Assembly (NCBI GenBank): GCA_964016885.1
Contig: OZ024748.1
Span: 32,426,001-32,490,000, forward strand
Reading direction: 5' to 3'
Origin: Eledone cirrhosa
Taxonomy: Eukaryota
Length of the DNA stretch: 64,000 nt
Made by a program: the position numbers and the translations under genes. Shown one piece after another: positions 15,218 through 31,099 of the stretch. Each line of letters begins with the position of its first letter. Position 1 is the first letter of the stretch. Under the pieces are notes generated by a model. That model was not told the DNA's origin. It did no database searches and saw only the letters and a list, made by a program, of their open reading frames with translations.

Positions 15218-18200
15218 CTGGTTATATATTACACACTGCTAAAGGTAATACTATACTTCTAAACTGGTTATAAATTACACACTGTTAAAAGTAATACTAT
15301 ACTTCTAAACTGGTTATATACTACATGCTTCTAAAAGTAATACTATACTTCTAAACTGCTTATATACTACATGCTTCTAAAAGTAATATAATACTTCTAA
15401 ACTGGTTATATATTACACACTGCTAAAAGTAATACTATACTTCTAAACTGGTTATATATTACACACTGTTAAAAGTAATACTATACTTCTAAACTGGTTA
15501 TATATTACACATTGTTAAAAGTAATACTATACTACTAAACTGGTTATATATTACACACCGCTAAAAGTAATAATATACTTCTAAACTGGTTATATATTAC
15601 ACACTACTAAAAGTAATAATATACTTCTAAACTGGTTATATATTACACACTGCTAAAAGTAATACTATACTTCTAAACTGGTTATATATTACACACTGCT
15701 AAAAGTGATACTATACTTCTAAACTGGTTATATATTACACACTGCTAAAAGTAATACTATACCTCTAAACTGGCTATATATTACATGCTGCTAAAAGTAA
15801 TACTATACTTCTAAACGGGTTATATACTACATGCTGCTAAAAGTAATACTATACTTCTAAACTGATTATATATTACACACTGCTAAAAGCAATACTATAC
15901 TTCTAAACTAGTTATATATTACATGCTGCTAAATGTAATACTATAATTCTTAACTGGTTATATATTACAAATGGCTAAAAGTAATACTATACTTCTAAAC
16001 TGGTTATATATTACAAACTACTAAAAGTAATACTATACTTCTAAACTGGTTATATATTACACGCTGCTAAAAGTAATACTATACTTCTAAACTGCTTATA
16101 TACTACATGCTTCTTAAAAGTAAAATAATACTTCTAAACTGGTTATATGTTACACACTGTTAAAAGAAATAATATACCTCTAAACTGGTTATATATTAGA
16201 TGCTGCTAAATGTAATACTATACTTCTAAACTGGTTATATGTTACGCACTGCTAAAAGTAATACTATACTTCTAAATTAGGTATATATTACACACTGCTA
16301 AAAGTAATAGTATACCTCTAAACTGGTTATATATTACACACTTCTAAAAGTAATACTATACTTCTAGACAGGTTATATATTACATACTGCTAAACGTAAT
16401 ACTATACTTCTAAATTAGGTATATATTACACACTGCTAAAAGTAATACTATACTTCTAAACTGGTTATATATTACACACTGCTAAAGGTAATACTATACT
16501 TCTAAACTGGTTATATATTACACTCTGTTAAAAGTAATACTATATTTCTAAACTGGTTAAATATTGCACACTGGTAAAAGTAATACTATACTTCTAATTC
16601 AGGTATATCTTACACACTGCTAAAAGCAATACTATACTTCTAAACAGGTTATATATTACACACTGTTAAAAGTAATACTATACTTCTAAACTGATTATAT
16701 ATTACACACTGTTAAAATTAATAGTATACTTCTAAACTGGATATATATTACGCACTGCTAAAATTAATACTATACTTTTAAACTGATTATTTATTACATG
16801 CCGCTAAAAGTAATACTATACTTCTAAACTGGTTATATATTGCACACTGGTAAAAGTAATACTATACTTCTAAATTAGGTATATATTACACACTGCTAAA
16901 AGTAATACTATATCTCTAAACTGGTTATATATTACACACTGCTAAAAGTAATTCTATACTTCTAAACTGGTTATATATTACACACTGCTAAAAGTAATAC
17001 TATACCTCTAAACTGGTTATATATTACATGCTGCTAAAAATAATACTATACTTCTAAACTGGTTATATATTGCACACTGCTAAATGTAATACTATACTTC
17101 TAAACTGATTATATATTACACACTGTTAAAATTAATACTATACTTCTAAACTGGTTATATATTACACACTGCTAAAAGTAATACTATACCTCTAAACTGG
17201 TTATATATTACACACTGCTAAAAGTAATACTATACTTCTAAACTGGTTATATATTACGCACTGCTAAAAGTAATATTATACTTCTAGACTGATTATATAT
17301 TAGATGCCGCTAAAAGTAATACCATACTTCTAAACTGGTTATATATTACATGCTGCTAAAAGTGGTACTATACTCCTAAACTGCTTATATACTACATGCT
17401 TCTAAAAGTAATATAATACTTCTAAACTGGTTATATATTACACACTACTAAAAGTAATACTATACTTCTAAACTGGTTATATATTACACACTGCTAAAAG
17501 TAATACTTTACTACTAAACTGGTTATATATTGCACACTGCTAAAAGTAATACTATACTTCTAAACTGGTTATATATTACACACTGCTAAAAGTAATACTA
17601 TACCTCTAAACTGGTTATATATTACATGCTGCTAAAAGTAATACTATACTTCTAGACTGGTTATATATTACATACTGCTAAAAGTAATACTATACTTCTA
17701 AACGGGTTATATACTACATGCTGCTAAAAGTAATACTATACTTCTAAACTGGTTATATATTACACACTGCTAAAAGTAATACTATACTTCTAAACTAGTC
17801 ATATATTACACACTGCTAAATGTAATACTATACTTCTAAACTGGTTATATATTACACACTGCTAAAAGTAATACTATACTTCTTAACTGGTTATATATTA
17901 GATGCTGCTAAAAGTAATACTATACTTCTAAACTGGTTATATACTACATGCTTCTAAAAGTAATATAATACTTCTAAACTGGTTATATATTACATGCTGC
18001 TAAAAATAATACTATACTTCTAAACTGGTTATATATTACACACTGCTAAATGTAATACTATACTTCTAAACTGATTATATATTACACACTGTTAAAATTA
18101 ATAGTATACTTCTAAACTGGATATATATTACGCACTGCTAAAATTAATACTATACTTCTAAACTAATTATTTATTACATGCCGCTAAAAGTAATACTATA

Positions 18201-21200
18201 CTTCTAAACTGGTTATATATTGCACACTGGTAAAAGTAATACTATACTTCTAAATTAGGTATATATTACACACTGCTAAAAGTAATACTATATCTCTAAA
18301 CTGGTTATATATTACACACTGCTAAAAGCAATTCTATACTTCTAAACTGGTTATATATTACACACTGCTAAAAGTAATACTATACCTCTAAACTGGTTAT
18401 ATATTACATGCTGCTAAAAATAATACTATACTTCTAAACTGGTTATATATTACACACTGCTAAATGTAATACTATACTTCTAAACTGATTATATATTACA
18501 CACTGTTAAAATTAATACTATACTTCTAAACTGGTTATATATTACACACTGCTAAAAGTAATACTATACCTCTAAACTGGTTATATATTACACACTGCTA
18601 AAATTAATACTATACTTCTAAACTGGTTATATATTACACGCTGCTAAAAGTAATACTATACTTCTTAATTGGTTATATATTACACACTACTAAAAGTAAT
18701 ACTATACTTCTAAACTGGTTATATATTACACAGTGCTAAAAGTAATACTATACTTCTAAACTGGTTATATATTACGCACTGCTAAAAGTAATATTATACT
18801 TCTAGACTGATTATATATTAGATGCCGCTAAAAGTAATACCATACTTCTAAACTGGTTATATATTACATGCTGCTAAAAGTGGTACTATACTCCTAAACT
18901 GCTTATATACTACATGCTTCTAAAAGTAATATAATACTTCTAAACTGGTTATATATTACACACTACTAAAAGTAATACTATACTTCTAAACTGGTTATAT
19001 ATTACACACTGCTAAAAGTAATACTTTACTACTAAACTGGTTATATATTGCACACTGCTAAAAGTAATACTATACTTCTAAACTGGTTATATATTACACA
19101 CTGCTAAAAGTAATACTATACCTCTAAACTGGTTATATATTACATGCTGCTAAATGTAATACTATACTTCTAGACTGGTTATATATTACATACTGCTAAA
19201 AGTAATACTATACTTCTAAACGGGTTATATACTACATGCTGCTAAAAGTAATACTATACTTCTAAACTGGTTATATATTACAGACTGCTAAAAGTAATAC
19301 TATACTTCTAAACTAGTTATATATTACACACTGCTAACTATAACACTATACTTCTAAACTGGTTATATATTACACACTGCTAAAAGTAATACTATACTTC
19401 TTAACTGGTTATATATTAGATGCTGCTAAAAGTAATACTATACTTCTAAACTGCTTATATACTACATGCTTCTAAAAGTAATATAATACTTCTAAACTCG
19501 TTATATATTACACACTGCTAAAAGTAATACTATACTTCTAAACTGGTTTTATATTACACACTGTTAAAAGTAATACTATACTTCTAAACTGGTTTTATAT
19601 TACGCACTGCTTAAAGTAATATTATACTTCTAGACTGATTATATATTACATGCCGCCAAAAGTAATACATTACTTCTAAACTGGTTATATATTGCACACT
19701 GATAAAAGTAATACCATACCTCTAAACTGGTTATATATTACACACTGCTAAAAGTAATACTATACTTTTAAACAGGTTATATATTACACACTGCTAAAAG
19801 TAATACTATACTTCTAAACAGGTTATATATTACACACTGCTAAAAGTAATACTATACTTCTAAACTGCTTATATACTACATGCTTCTAAAAGTAAGATAA
19901 TACTTCTAAACTGGTTATATATTACACACTGCTAAAAGTAATACTATACTTCTAAACTGGTTATATATTACACACTGCTAAAAGTAATACTATACTACTA
20001 AACTGGTTATATATTGCACACTGCTAAAAGTAATGCTATACTTGTAAACAGGTTATATATTACACACTGCTAAAAGTAATACTATACTTCTAAACAGGTT
20101 ATATATTACACACTGCTAAAGGTAATACTATACTTCTAAACAGGTTATATATTACACACTGCTAAAAGTAATACTATACTTCTAAACTGGTTATATATTA
20201 CACACTGCTAAAAGTAATACTATACCTCTAAACTGGTTATATATTACATGCTGCTAAAAGTAATACTATACTTCTAGACTGGTTATATGTTACATACTGC
20301 TAAAAGTAATACTATACTTCTAGACTGGTTATATATTACATACTGCTAAAAGTAATACTATACTTCTAAACGGGTTATATACTACATGCTGTTAAAAGTA
20401 ATACTATACTTCTAAACTGGTTATATATTACACACTGCTAAAAGTAATACTATACTTCTAAACTAGTTATATATTACACACTGCTAAATGTAATACTATA
20501 CTTCTAAACTGGTTATATATTACACACTGCTAAAAGTAATACTATACTTCTTAACTGGTTATATATTAGATGCTGCTAAAAGTAATACTATACTTCTAAA
20601 CTGCTTATATACTACATACTTCTAAAAGTAATATAATACTTCTAAACTCGTTATATATTACACACTGCTAAAAGTAATACTATACTGCTAAACTGGTTTT
20701 ATATTGCACACTGTTAAAAGTAATACTATACTTCTAAACTGGTTATATATTACGCACTGCTAAAAGTAATATTATACGTCTAGACTGATTATATATTACA
20801 TGCCGCCAAAAGTAATACATTACTTCTAAACTGGTTATATATTGCACACTGATAAAAGTAATACCATACTTCTAAACTGGTTATATATTACACACTGCTA
20901 AAAGTAATACTATAATTCTAAACAGGTTATATATTACACACTGCTAAAAGTAATACTATACTTCTAAACAGGTTATATGTTACACACTGCTAAAAGTAAT
21001 ACTATACTTCTAAACTGCTTATATACTACATGCTTCTAAAAGTAATATAATACTTCTAAACTGGTTATATATTACACACTGCTAAAAGTAATACTATACT
21101 TCTAAACTGGTTATATATTACACAATGCTAAAAGTAATACTATACTACTAAACTGGTTATATATTGCACACCGCTAAAAGTAATGCTATACTTGTAAACA

Positions 21201-22072
21201 GGTTATATATTACACACTGCTAAAAGTAATACTATACTTCTAAACAGGTTATACATTACACACTGCTAAAGGTAATACTATACTTCTAAACAGGTTATAT
21301 ATTACACACTGCTAAAAGTAATACTATACTTCTAAACAGGTTATATATTACACACTGCTAAAAGTAATACTATAACTCTAAACTGGTTATATATTACACA
21401 CTGCTAAAAGTAATACTATACCTCTAAACTAGTTATATATTACACACTGCTAAAAGAAATACTATACTTCTAAACTGGTTATATGTTACATGCTGCTAAA
21501 AGTAATACTATACTTCTAAACTGGTTATATACTACATACTTCCAAAAGTAATACTATACTTCTAAACTGGTTATATATTACACACTGCTAAAAGTAATAC
21601 TATACCTCTAAACTGGTTATATATTACATGCTGCTAAAAGTAATACTGTATTTCTAAACTTGTTATATATTACACACTGCTAAAACCAATACTATACTTC
21701 TAAACTAGTTATATATTACACACTCCTAAAAGTAACACTATACCTCTAAACTTGTTGTATATTACATGCTGCTAAAAGTAATACTATACTTCTAGACTGG
21801 TTATATATCACATACTGCTAAATGTAATACTATACTTCTAAACTGGTTATATATTACACACTGCTAAAAGTAATACTATACTTCTAAACTGGTTATATAT
21901 TACACACTGCTAAAAGTAGTTCTATACTTCTAAACTGGTTATATATTACATGCGGCTAAATGTAATACTATTCTTCTAAATTGGTTACATACTACATGCT
22001 TCTAAAAGTAATACTATAGTTCTAAACTGGTTATATATTACACACTGCTAAAAGTAACACTATACCTCTAAA

Positions 22073-22184
22073 CTGGTTGTATATTACATGCTGCTAAACT
22101 GGTTATATATTACATGCTGCTAAACTGGTTGTATATTACATGCTGCTAAACTGGTTATATATTACACTTCTACATACTTCTAAA
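22073..22184. repeat. 112-bp truncated-monomer cassette, copy 2
   Basis: Same sequence and same flanking variants as 15106-15217. Confidence 0.95.
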
Positions 22185-25100
22185 CTGGTTATATATTACA
22201 CACTGCTAAAGGTAATACTATACTTCTAAACTGGTTATAAATTACACACTGTTAAAAGTAATACTATACTTCTAAACTGGTTATATACTACATGCTTCTA
22301 AAAGTAATACTATACTTCTAAACTGCTTATATACTACATGCTTCTAAAAGTAATATAATACTTCTAAACTGGTTATATATTACACACTGCTAAAAGTAAT
22401 ACTATACTTCTAAACTGGTTATATATTACACACTGTTAAAAGTAATACTATACTTCTAAACTGGTTATATATTACACATTGTTAAAAGTAATACTATACT
22501 ACTAAACTGGTTATATATTACACACCGCTAAAAGTAATAATATACTTCTAAACTGGTTATATATTACACACTACTAAAAGTAATAATATACTTCTAAACT
22601 GGTTATATATTACACACTGCTAAAAGTAATACTATACTTCTAAACTGGTTATATATTACACACTGCTAAAAGTGATACTATACTTCTAAACTGGTTATAT
22701 ATTACACACTGCTAAAAGTAATACTATACCTCTAAACTGGCTATATATTACATGCTGCTAAAAGTAATACTATACTTCTAAACGGGTTATATACTACATG
22801 CTGCTAAAAGTAATACTATACTTCTAAACTGATTATATATTACACACTGCTAAAAGCAATACTATACTTCTAAACTAGTTATATATTACATGCTGCTAAA
22901 TGTAATACTATAATTCTTAACTGGTTATATATTACAAATGGCTAAAAGTAATACTATACTTCTAAACTGGTTATATATTACAAACTACTAAAAGTAATAC
23001 TATACTTCTAAACTGGTTATATATTACACGCTGCTAAAAGTAATACTATACTTCTAAACTGCTTATATACTACATGCTTCTTAAAAGTAAAATAATACTT
23101 CTAAACTGGTTATATGTTACACACTGTTAAAAGAAATAATATACCTCTAAACTGGTTATATATTAGATGCTGCTAAATGTAATACTATACTTCTAAACTG
23201 GTTATATGTTACGCACTGCTAAAAGTAATACTATACTTCTAAATTAGGTATATATTACACACTGCTAAAAGTAATAGTATACCTCTAAACTGGTTATATA
23301 TTACACACTTCTAAAAGTAATACTATACTTCTAGACAGGTTATATATTACATACTGCTAAACGTAATACTATACTTCTAAATTAGGTATATATTACACAC
23401 TGCTAAAAGTAATACTATACTTCTAAACTGGTTATATATTACACACTGCTAAAGGTAATACTATACTTCTAAACTGGTTATATATTACACTCTGTTAAAA
23501 GTAATACTATATTTCTAAACTGGTTAAATATTGCACACTGGTAAAAGTAATACTATACTTCTAATTCAGGTATATCTTACACACTGCTAAAAGCAATACT
23601 ATACTTCTAAACAGGTTATATATTACACACTGTTAAAAGTAATACTATACTTCTAAACTGATTATATATTACACACTGTTAAAATTAATAGTATACTTCT
23701 AAACTGGATATATATTACGCACTGCTAAAATTAATACTATACTTTTAAACTGATTATTTATTACATGCCGCTAAAAGTAATACTATACTTCTAAACTGGT
23801 TATATATTGCACACTGGTAAAAGTAATACTATACTTCTAAATTAGGTATATATTACACACTGCTAAAAGTAATACTATATCTCTAAACTGGTTATATATT
23901 ACACACTGCTAAAAGTAATTCTATACTTCTAAACTGGTTATATATTACACACTGCTAAAAGTAATACTATACCTCTAAACTGGTTATATATTACATGCTG
24001 CTAAAAATAATACTATACTTCTAAACTGGTTATATATTGCACACTGCTAAATGTAATACTATACTTCTAAACTGATTATATATTACACACTGTTAAAATT
24101 AATACTATACTTCTAAACTGGTTATATATTACACACTGCTAAAAGTAATACTATACCTCTAAACTGGTTATATATTACACACTGCTAAAATTAATACTAT
24201 ACTTCTAAACTGGTTATATATTACACGCTGCTAAAAGTAATACTATACTTCTTAATTGGTTATATATTACACACTACTAAAAGTAATACTATACTTCTAA
24301 ACTGGTTATATATTACACAATGCTAAAAGTAATACTATACTACTAAACTGGTTATATATTGCACACCGCTAAAAGTAATGCTATACTTGTAAACAGGTTA
24401 TATATTACACACTGCTAAAAGTAATACTATACTTCTAAACAGGTTATACATTACACACTGCTAAAGGTAATACTATACTTCTAAACAGGTTATATATTAC
24501 ACACTGCTAAAAGTAATACTATACTTCTAAACAGGTTATATATTACACACTGCTAAAAGTAATACTATAACTCTAAACTGGTTATATATTACACACTGCT
24601 AAAAGTAATACTATACCTCTAAACTAGTTATATATTACACACTGCTAAAAGAAATACTATACTTCTAAACTGGTTATATACTACATACTTCCAAAAGTAA
24701 TACTATACTTCTAAACTGGTTATATATTACACACTGCTAAAAGTAATACTATACCTCTAAACTGGTTATATATTACATGCTGCTAAAAGTAATACTGTAT
24801 TTCTAAACTTGTTATATATTACACACTGCTAAAACCAATACTATACTTCTAAACTAGTTATATATTACACACTCCTAAAAGTAACACTATACCTCTAAAC
24901 TTGTTGTATATTACATGCTGCTAAAAGTAATACTATACTTCTAGACTGGTTATATATCACATACTGCTAAATGTAATACTATACTTCTAAACTGGTTATA
25001 TATTACACACTGCTAAAAGTAATACTATACTTCTAAACTGGTTATATATTACACACTGCTAAAAGTAGTTCTATACTTCTAAACTGGTTATATATTACAT

Positions 25101-25221
25101 GCGGCTAAATGTAATACTATTCTTCTAAATTGGTTACATACTACATGCTTCTAAAAGTAATACTATAGTTCTAAACTGGTTATATATTACACACTGCTAA
25201 AAGTAACACTATACCTCTAAA

Positions 25222-25333
25222 CTGGTTGTATATTACATGCTGCTAAACTGGTTATATATTACATGCTGCTAAACTGGTTGTATATTACATGCTGCTAAAC
25301 TGGTTATATATTACACTTCTACATACTTCTAAA
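25222..25333. repeat. 112-bp truncated-monomer cassette, copy 3
   Basis: Same sequence and same flanking variants as 15106-15217. Confidence 0.95.
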
Positions 25334-27369
25334 CTGGTTATATATTACACACTGCTAAAGGTAATACTATACTTCTAAACTGGTTATAAATTACACACTG
25401 TTAAAAGTAATACTATACTTCTAAACTGGTTATATACTACATGCTTCTAAAAGTAATACTATACTTCTAAACTGCTTATATACTACATGCTTCTAAAAGT
25501 AATATAATACTTCTAAACTGGTTATATATTACACACTGCTAAAAGTAATACTATACTTCTAAACTGGTTATATATTACACACTGTTAAAAGTAATACTAT
25601 ACTTCTAAACTGGTTATATATTACACATTGTTAAAAGTAATACTATACTACTAAACTGGTTATATATTACACACCGCTAAAAGTAATAATATACTTCTAA
25701 ACTGGTTATATATTACACACTACTAAAAGTAATAATATACTTCTAAACTGGTTATATATTACACACTGCTAAAAGTAATACTATACTTCTAAACTGGTTA
25801 TATATTACACACTGCTAAAAGTGATACTATACTTCTAAACTGGTTATATATTACACACTGCTAAAAGTAATACTATACCTCTAAACTGGCTATATATTAC
25901 ATGCTGCTAAAAGTAATACTATACTTCTAAACGGGTTATATACTACATGCTGCTAAAAGTAATACTATACTTCTAAACTGATTATATATTACACACTGCT
26001 AAAAGCAATACTATACTTCTAAACTAGTTATATATTACATGCTGCTAAATGTAATACTATAATTCTTAACTGGTTATATATTACAAATGGCTAAAAGTAA
26101 TACTATACTTCTAAACTGGTTATATATTACAAACTACTAAAAGTAATACTATACTTCTAAACTGGTTATATATTACACGCTGCTAAAAGTAATACTATAC
26201 TTCTAAACTGCTTATATACTACATGCTTCTTAAAAGTAAAATAATACTTCTAAACTGGTTATATGTTACACACTGTTAAAAGAAATAATATACCTCTAAA
26301 CTGGTTATATATTAGATGCTGCTAAATGTAATACTATACTTCTAAACTGGTTATATGTTACGCACTGCTAAAAGTAATACTATACTTCTAAATTAGGTAT
26401 ATATTACACACTGCTAAAAGTAATAGTATACCTCTAAACTGGTTATATATTACACACTTCTAAAAGTAATACTATACTTCTAGACAGGTTATATATTACA
26501 TACTGCTAAACGTAATACTATACTTCTAAATTAGGTATATATTACACACTGCTAAAAGTAATACTATACTTCTAAACTGGTTATATATTACACACTGCTA
26601 AAGGTAATACTATACTTCTAAACTGGTTATATATTACACTCTGTTAAAAGTAATACTATATTTCTAAACTGGTTAAATATTGCACACTGGTAAAAGTAAT
26701 ACTATACTTCTAATTCAGGTATATCTTACACACTGCTAAAAGCAATACTATACTTCTAAACAGGTTATATATTACACACTGTTAAAAGTAATACTATACT
26801 TCTAAACTGATTATATATTACACACTGTTAAAATTAATAGTATACTTCTAAACTGGATATATATTACGCACTGCTAAAATTAATACTATACTTTTAAACT
26901 GATTATTTATTACATGCCGCTAAAAGTAATACTATACTTCTAAACTGGTTATATATTGCACACTGGTAAAAGTAATACTATACTTCTAAATTAGGTATAT
27001 ATTACACACTGCTAAAAGTAATACTATATCTCTAAACTGGTTATATATTACACACTGCTAAAAGTAATTCTATACTTCTAAACTGGTTATATATTACACA
27101 CTGCTAAAAGTAATACTATACCTCTAAACTGGTTATATATTACATGCTGCTAAAAATAATACTATACTTCTAAACTGGTTATATATTGCACACTGCTAAA
27201 TGTAATACTATACTTCTAAACTGATTATATATTACACACTGTTAAAATTAATACTATACTTCTAATCTGGTTATATATTACACACTGCTAAAAGTAATAC
27301 TATACCTCTAAACTGGGTATATATTACACACTGCTAAAATTAATACTATACTTCTAAACTGGTTATATA

Positions 27370-29480
27370 TTACACGCTGCTAAAAGTAATACTATACTTC
27401 TTAATTGGTTATATATTACACACTACTAAAAGTAATACTATACTTCTAAACTGGTTATATATTACACACTGCTAAAAGTAATACTATACTTCTAAACTGG
27501 TTATATATTACGCACTGCTAAAAGTAATATTATACTTCTAGACTGATTATATATTAGATGCCGCTAAAAGTAATACCATACTTCTAAACTGGTTATATAT
27601 TACATGCTGCTAAAAGTGGTACTATACTCCTAAACTGCTTATATACTACATGCTTCTAAAAGTAATATAATACTTCTAAACTGGTTATATATTACACACT
27701 ACTAAAAGTAATACTATACTTCTAAACTGGTTATATATTACACACTGCTAAAAGTAATACTTTACTACTAAACTGGTTATATATTGCACACTGCTAAAAG
27801 TAATACTATACTTCTAAACTGGTTATATATTACACACTGCTAAAAGTAATACTATACCTCTAAACTGGTTATATATTACATGCTGCTAAAAGTAATACTA
27901 TACTTCTAGACTGGTTATATATTACATACTGCTAAAAGTAATACTATACTTCTAAACGGGTTATATACTACATGCTGCTAAAAGTAATACTATACTTCTA
28001 AACTGGTTATATATTACACACTGCTAAAAGTAATACTATACTTCTAAACTAGTCATATATTACACACTGCTAAATGTAATACTATACTTCTAAACTGGTT
28101 ATATATTACACACTGCTAAAAGTAATACTATACTTCTTAACTGGTTATATATTAGATGCTGCTAAAAGTAATACTATACTTCTAAACTGCTTATATACTA
28201 CATGCTTCTAAAAGTAATATAATACTTCTAAACTCGTTATATATTACACACTGCTAAAAGTAGTACTATACTTCTAAACTGGTCTTATATTACACACTGT
28301 TAAAAGTAATACTATACTTCTAAACTGGTTATATATTACGCACTGCTAAAAGTAATATTATACTTCTAGACTGATTATATATTACATGCCGCCAAAAGTA
28401 ATACATTACTTCTAAACTGGTTATATATTACACGCTGCTAAAAGTAATACTATACTTCTTAATTGGTTATATATTACACACTACTAAAAGTAATACTATA
28501 CTTCTAAACTGGTTATATATTACACACTGCTAAAAGTAATACTATACTTCTAAACTGGTTATATATTACGCACTGCTAAAAGTAATATTATACTTCTAGA
28601 CTGATTATATATTAGATGCCGCTAAAAGTAATACCATACTTCTAAACTGGTTATATATTACATGCTGCTAAAAGTGGTACTATACTCCTAAACTGCTTAT
28701 ATACTACATGCTTCTAAAAGTAATATAATACTTCTAAACTGGTTATATATTACACACTACTAAAAGTAATACTATACTTCTAAACTGGTTATATATTACA
28801 CACTGCTAAAAGTAATACTTTACTACTAAACTGGTTATATATTGCACACTGCTAAAAGTAATACTATACTTCTAAACTGATTATATATTACACACTGCTA
28901 AAAGTAATACTATACCTCTAAACTGGTTATATATTACATGCTGCTAAAAGTAATACTATACTTCTAGACTGGTTATATATTACATACTGCTAAAAGTAAT
29001 ACTATACTTCTAAACGGGTTATATACTACATGCTGCTAAAAGTAATACTATACTTCTAAACTGGTTATATATTACACACTGCTAAAAGTAATACTATACT
29101 TCTAAACTAGTTATATATTACACACTGCTAAATGTAATACTATACTTCTAAACTGGTTATATATTACACACTGCTAAAAGTAATACTATACTTCTTAACT
29201 GGTTATATATTAGATGCTGCTAAAAGTAATACTATACTTCTAAACTGCTTATATACTACATGCTTCTAAAAGTAATATAATACTTCTAAACTCGTTATAT
29301 ATTACACACTGCTAAAAGTAATACTATACTTCTAAACTGGTTTTATATTACACACTGTTAAAAGTAATACTATACTTCTAAACTGGTTATATATTACGCA
29401 CTGCTAAAAGTAATATTATACTTCTAGACTGATTATATATTACATGCCGCCAAAAGTAATACATTACTTCTAAACTGGTT
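27370..29480. repeat. 23-monomer (1058 bp) tandem duplication
   Basis: CACGCTG...CTTAATTGG at 27373/28431, followed by the same ordered variants (GTGGTAC, ACTTTACTA, AAACGGG, GCCGCC). Confidence 0.82.
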
Positions 29481-31099
29481 ATATATTGCACACTGATAAA
29501 AGTAATACCATACTTCTAAACTGGTTATATATTACACACTGCTAAAAGTAATACTATACTTCTAAACAGGTTATATATTACACACTGCTAAAAGTAATAC
29601 TATACTTCTAAACAGGTTATATATTACACACTGCTAAAAGTAATACTATACTTCTAAACTGCTTATATACTACATGCTTCTAAAAGTAAGATAATACTTC
29701 TAAACTGGTTATATATTACACACTGCTAAAAGTAATACTATACTTCTAAACTGGTTATATATTACACACTGCTAAAAGTAATACTATACTACTAAACTGG
29801 TTATATATTGCACACTGCTAAAAGTAATGCTATACTTGTAAACAGGTTATATATTACACACTGCTAAAAGTAATACTATACTTCTAAACAGGTTATATAT
29901 TACACACTGCTAAAGGTAATACTATACTTCTAAACAGGTTATATATTACACACTGCTAAAAGTAATACTATACTTCTAAACTGGTTATATATTACACACT
30001 GCTAAAAGTAATACTATACCTCTAAACTGGTTATATATTACATGCTGCTAAAAGTAATACTATACTTCTAGACTGGTTATATGTTACATACTGCTAAAAG
30101 TAATACTATACTTCTAGACTGGTTATATATTACATACTGCTAAAAGTAATACTATACTTCTAAACGGGTTATATACTACATGCTGCTAAAAGTAATACTA
30201 TACTTCTAAACTGGTTATATATTACACACTGCTAAAAGTAATACTATACTTCTTAACTGGTTATATATTAGATGCTGCTAAAAGTAATACTATACTTCTA
30301 AACTGCTTATATACTACATACTTCTAAAAGTAATATAATACTTCTAAACTCGTTATATATTACACACTGCTAAAAGTAATACTATACTGCTAAACTGGCT
30401 TTATATTACACACTGTTAAAAGTAATACTATACTTCTAAACTGGTTATATATTACGCACTGCTAAAAGTAATATTATACGTCTAGACTGATTATATATTA
30501 CATGCCGCCAAAAGTAATACATTACTTCTAAACTGGTTATATATTGCACACTGATAAAAGTAATACCATACTTCTAAACTGGTTATATATTACACACTGC
30601 TAAAAGTAATACTATAATTCTAAACAGGTTATATATTACACACTGCTAAAAGTAATACTATACTTCTAAACAGGTTATATGTTACACACTGCTAAAAGTA
30701 ATACTATACTTCTAAACTGCTTATATACTACATGCTTCTAAAAGTAATATAATACTTCTAAACTGGTTATATATTACACACTGCTAAAAGTAATACTATA
30801 CTTCTAAACTGGTTATATATTACACAATGCTAAAAGTAATACTATACTACTAAACTGGTTATATATTGCACACCGCTAAAAGTAATGCTATACTTGTAAA
30901 CAGGTTATATATTACACACTGCTAAAAGTAATACTATACTTCTAAACAGGTTATACATTACACACTGCTAAAGGTAATACTATACTTCTAAACAGGTTAT
31001 ATATTACACACTGCTAAAAGTAATACTATACTTCTAAACAGGTTATATATTACACACTGCTAAAAGTAATACTATAACTCTAAACTGGTTATATATTAC

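Larger units (their letters stand above)
10525..24190. repeat. Tandem block duplication of about 7.4 kb (offset 7407, then 6967)
   Basis: Rare markers recur at +7407: GCAATTC 10921/18328, ACACAGTG 11321/18728, TGCTTAAAG 12201/19608. Later markers recur at +6967: 26-bp cassette 15106/22073, T insertion 16111/23078. Confidence 0.88.
21100..27450. repeat. Tandem block duplication of about 3.15-3.2 kb
   Basis: CACAATG at 21121/24316 (+3195). After loss of one monomer near 24660 the offset becomes +3149: cassette 22073/25222, T insertion 23078/26227. Confidence 0.85.
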
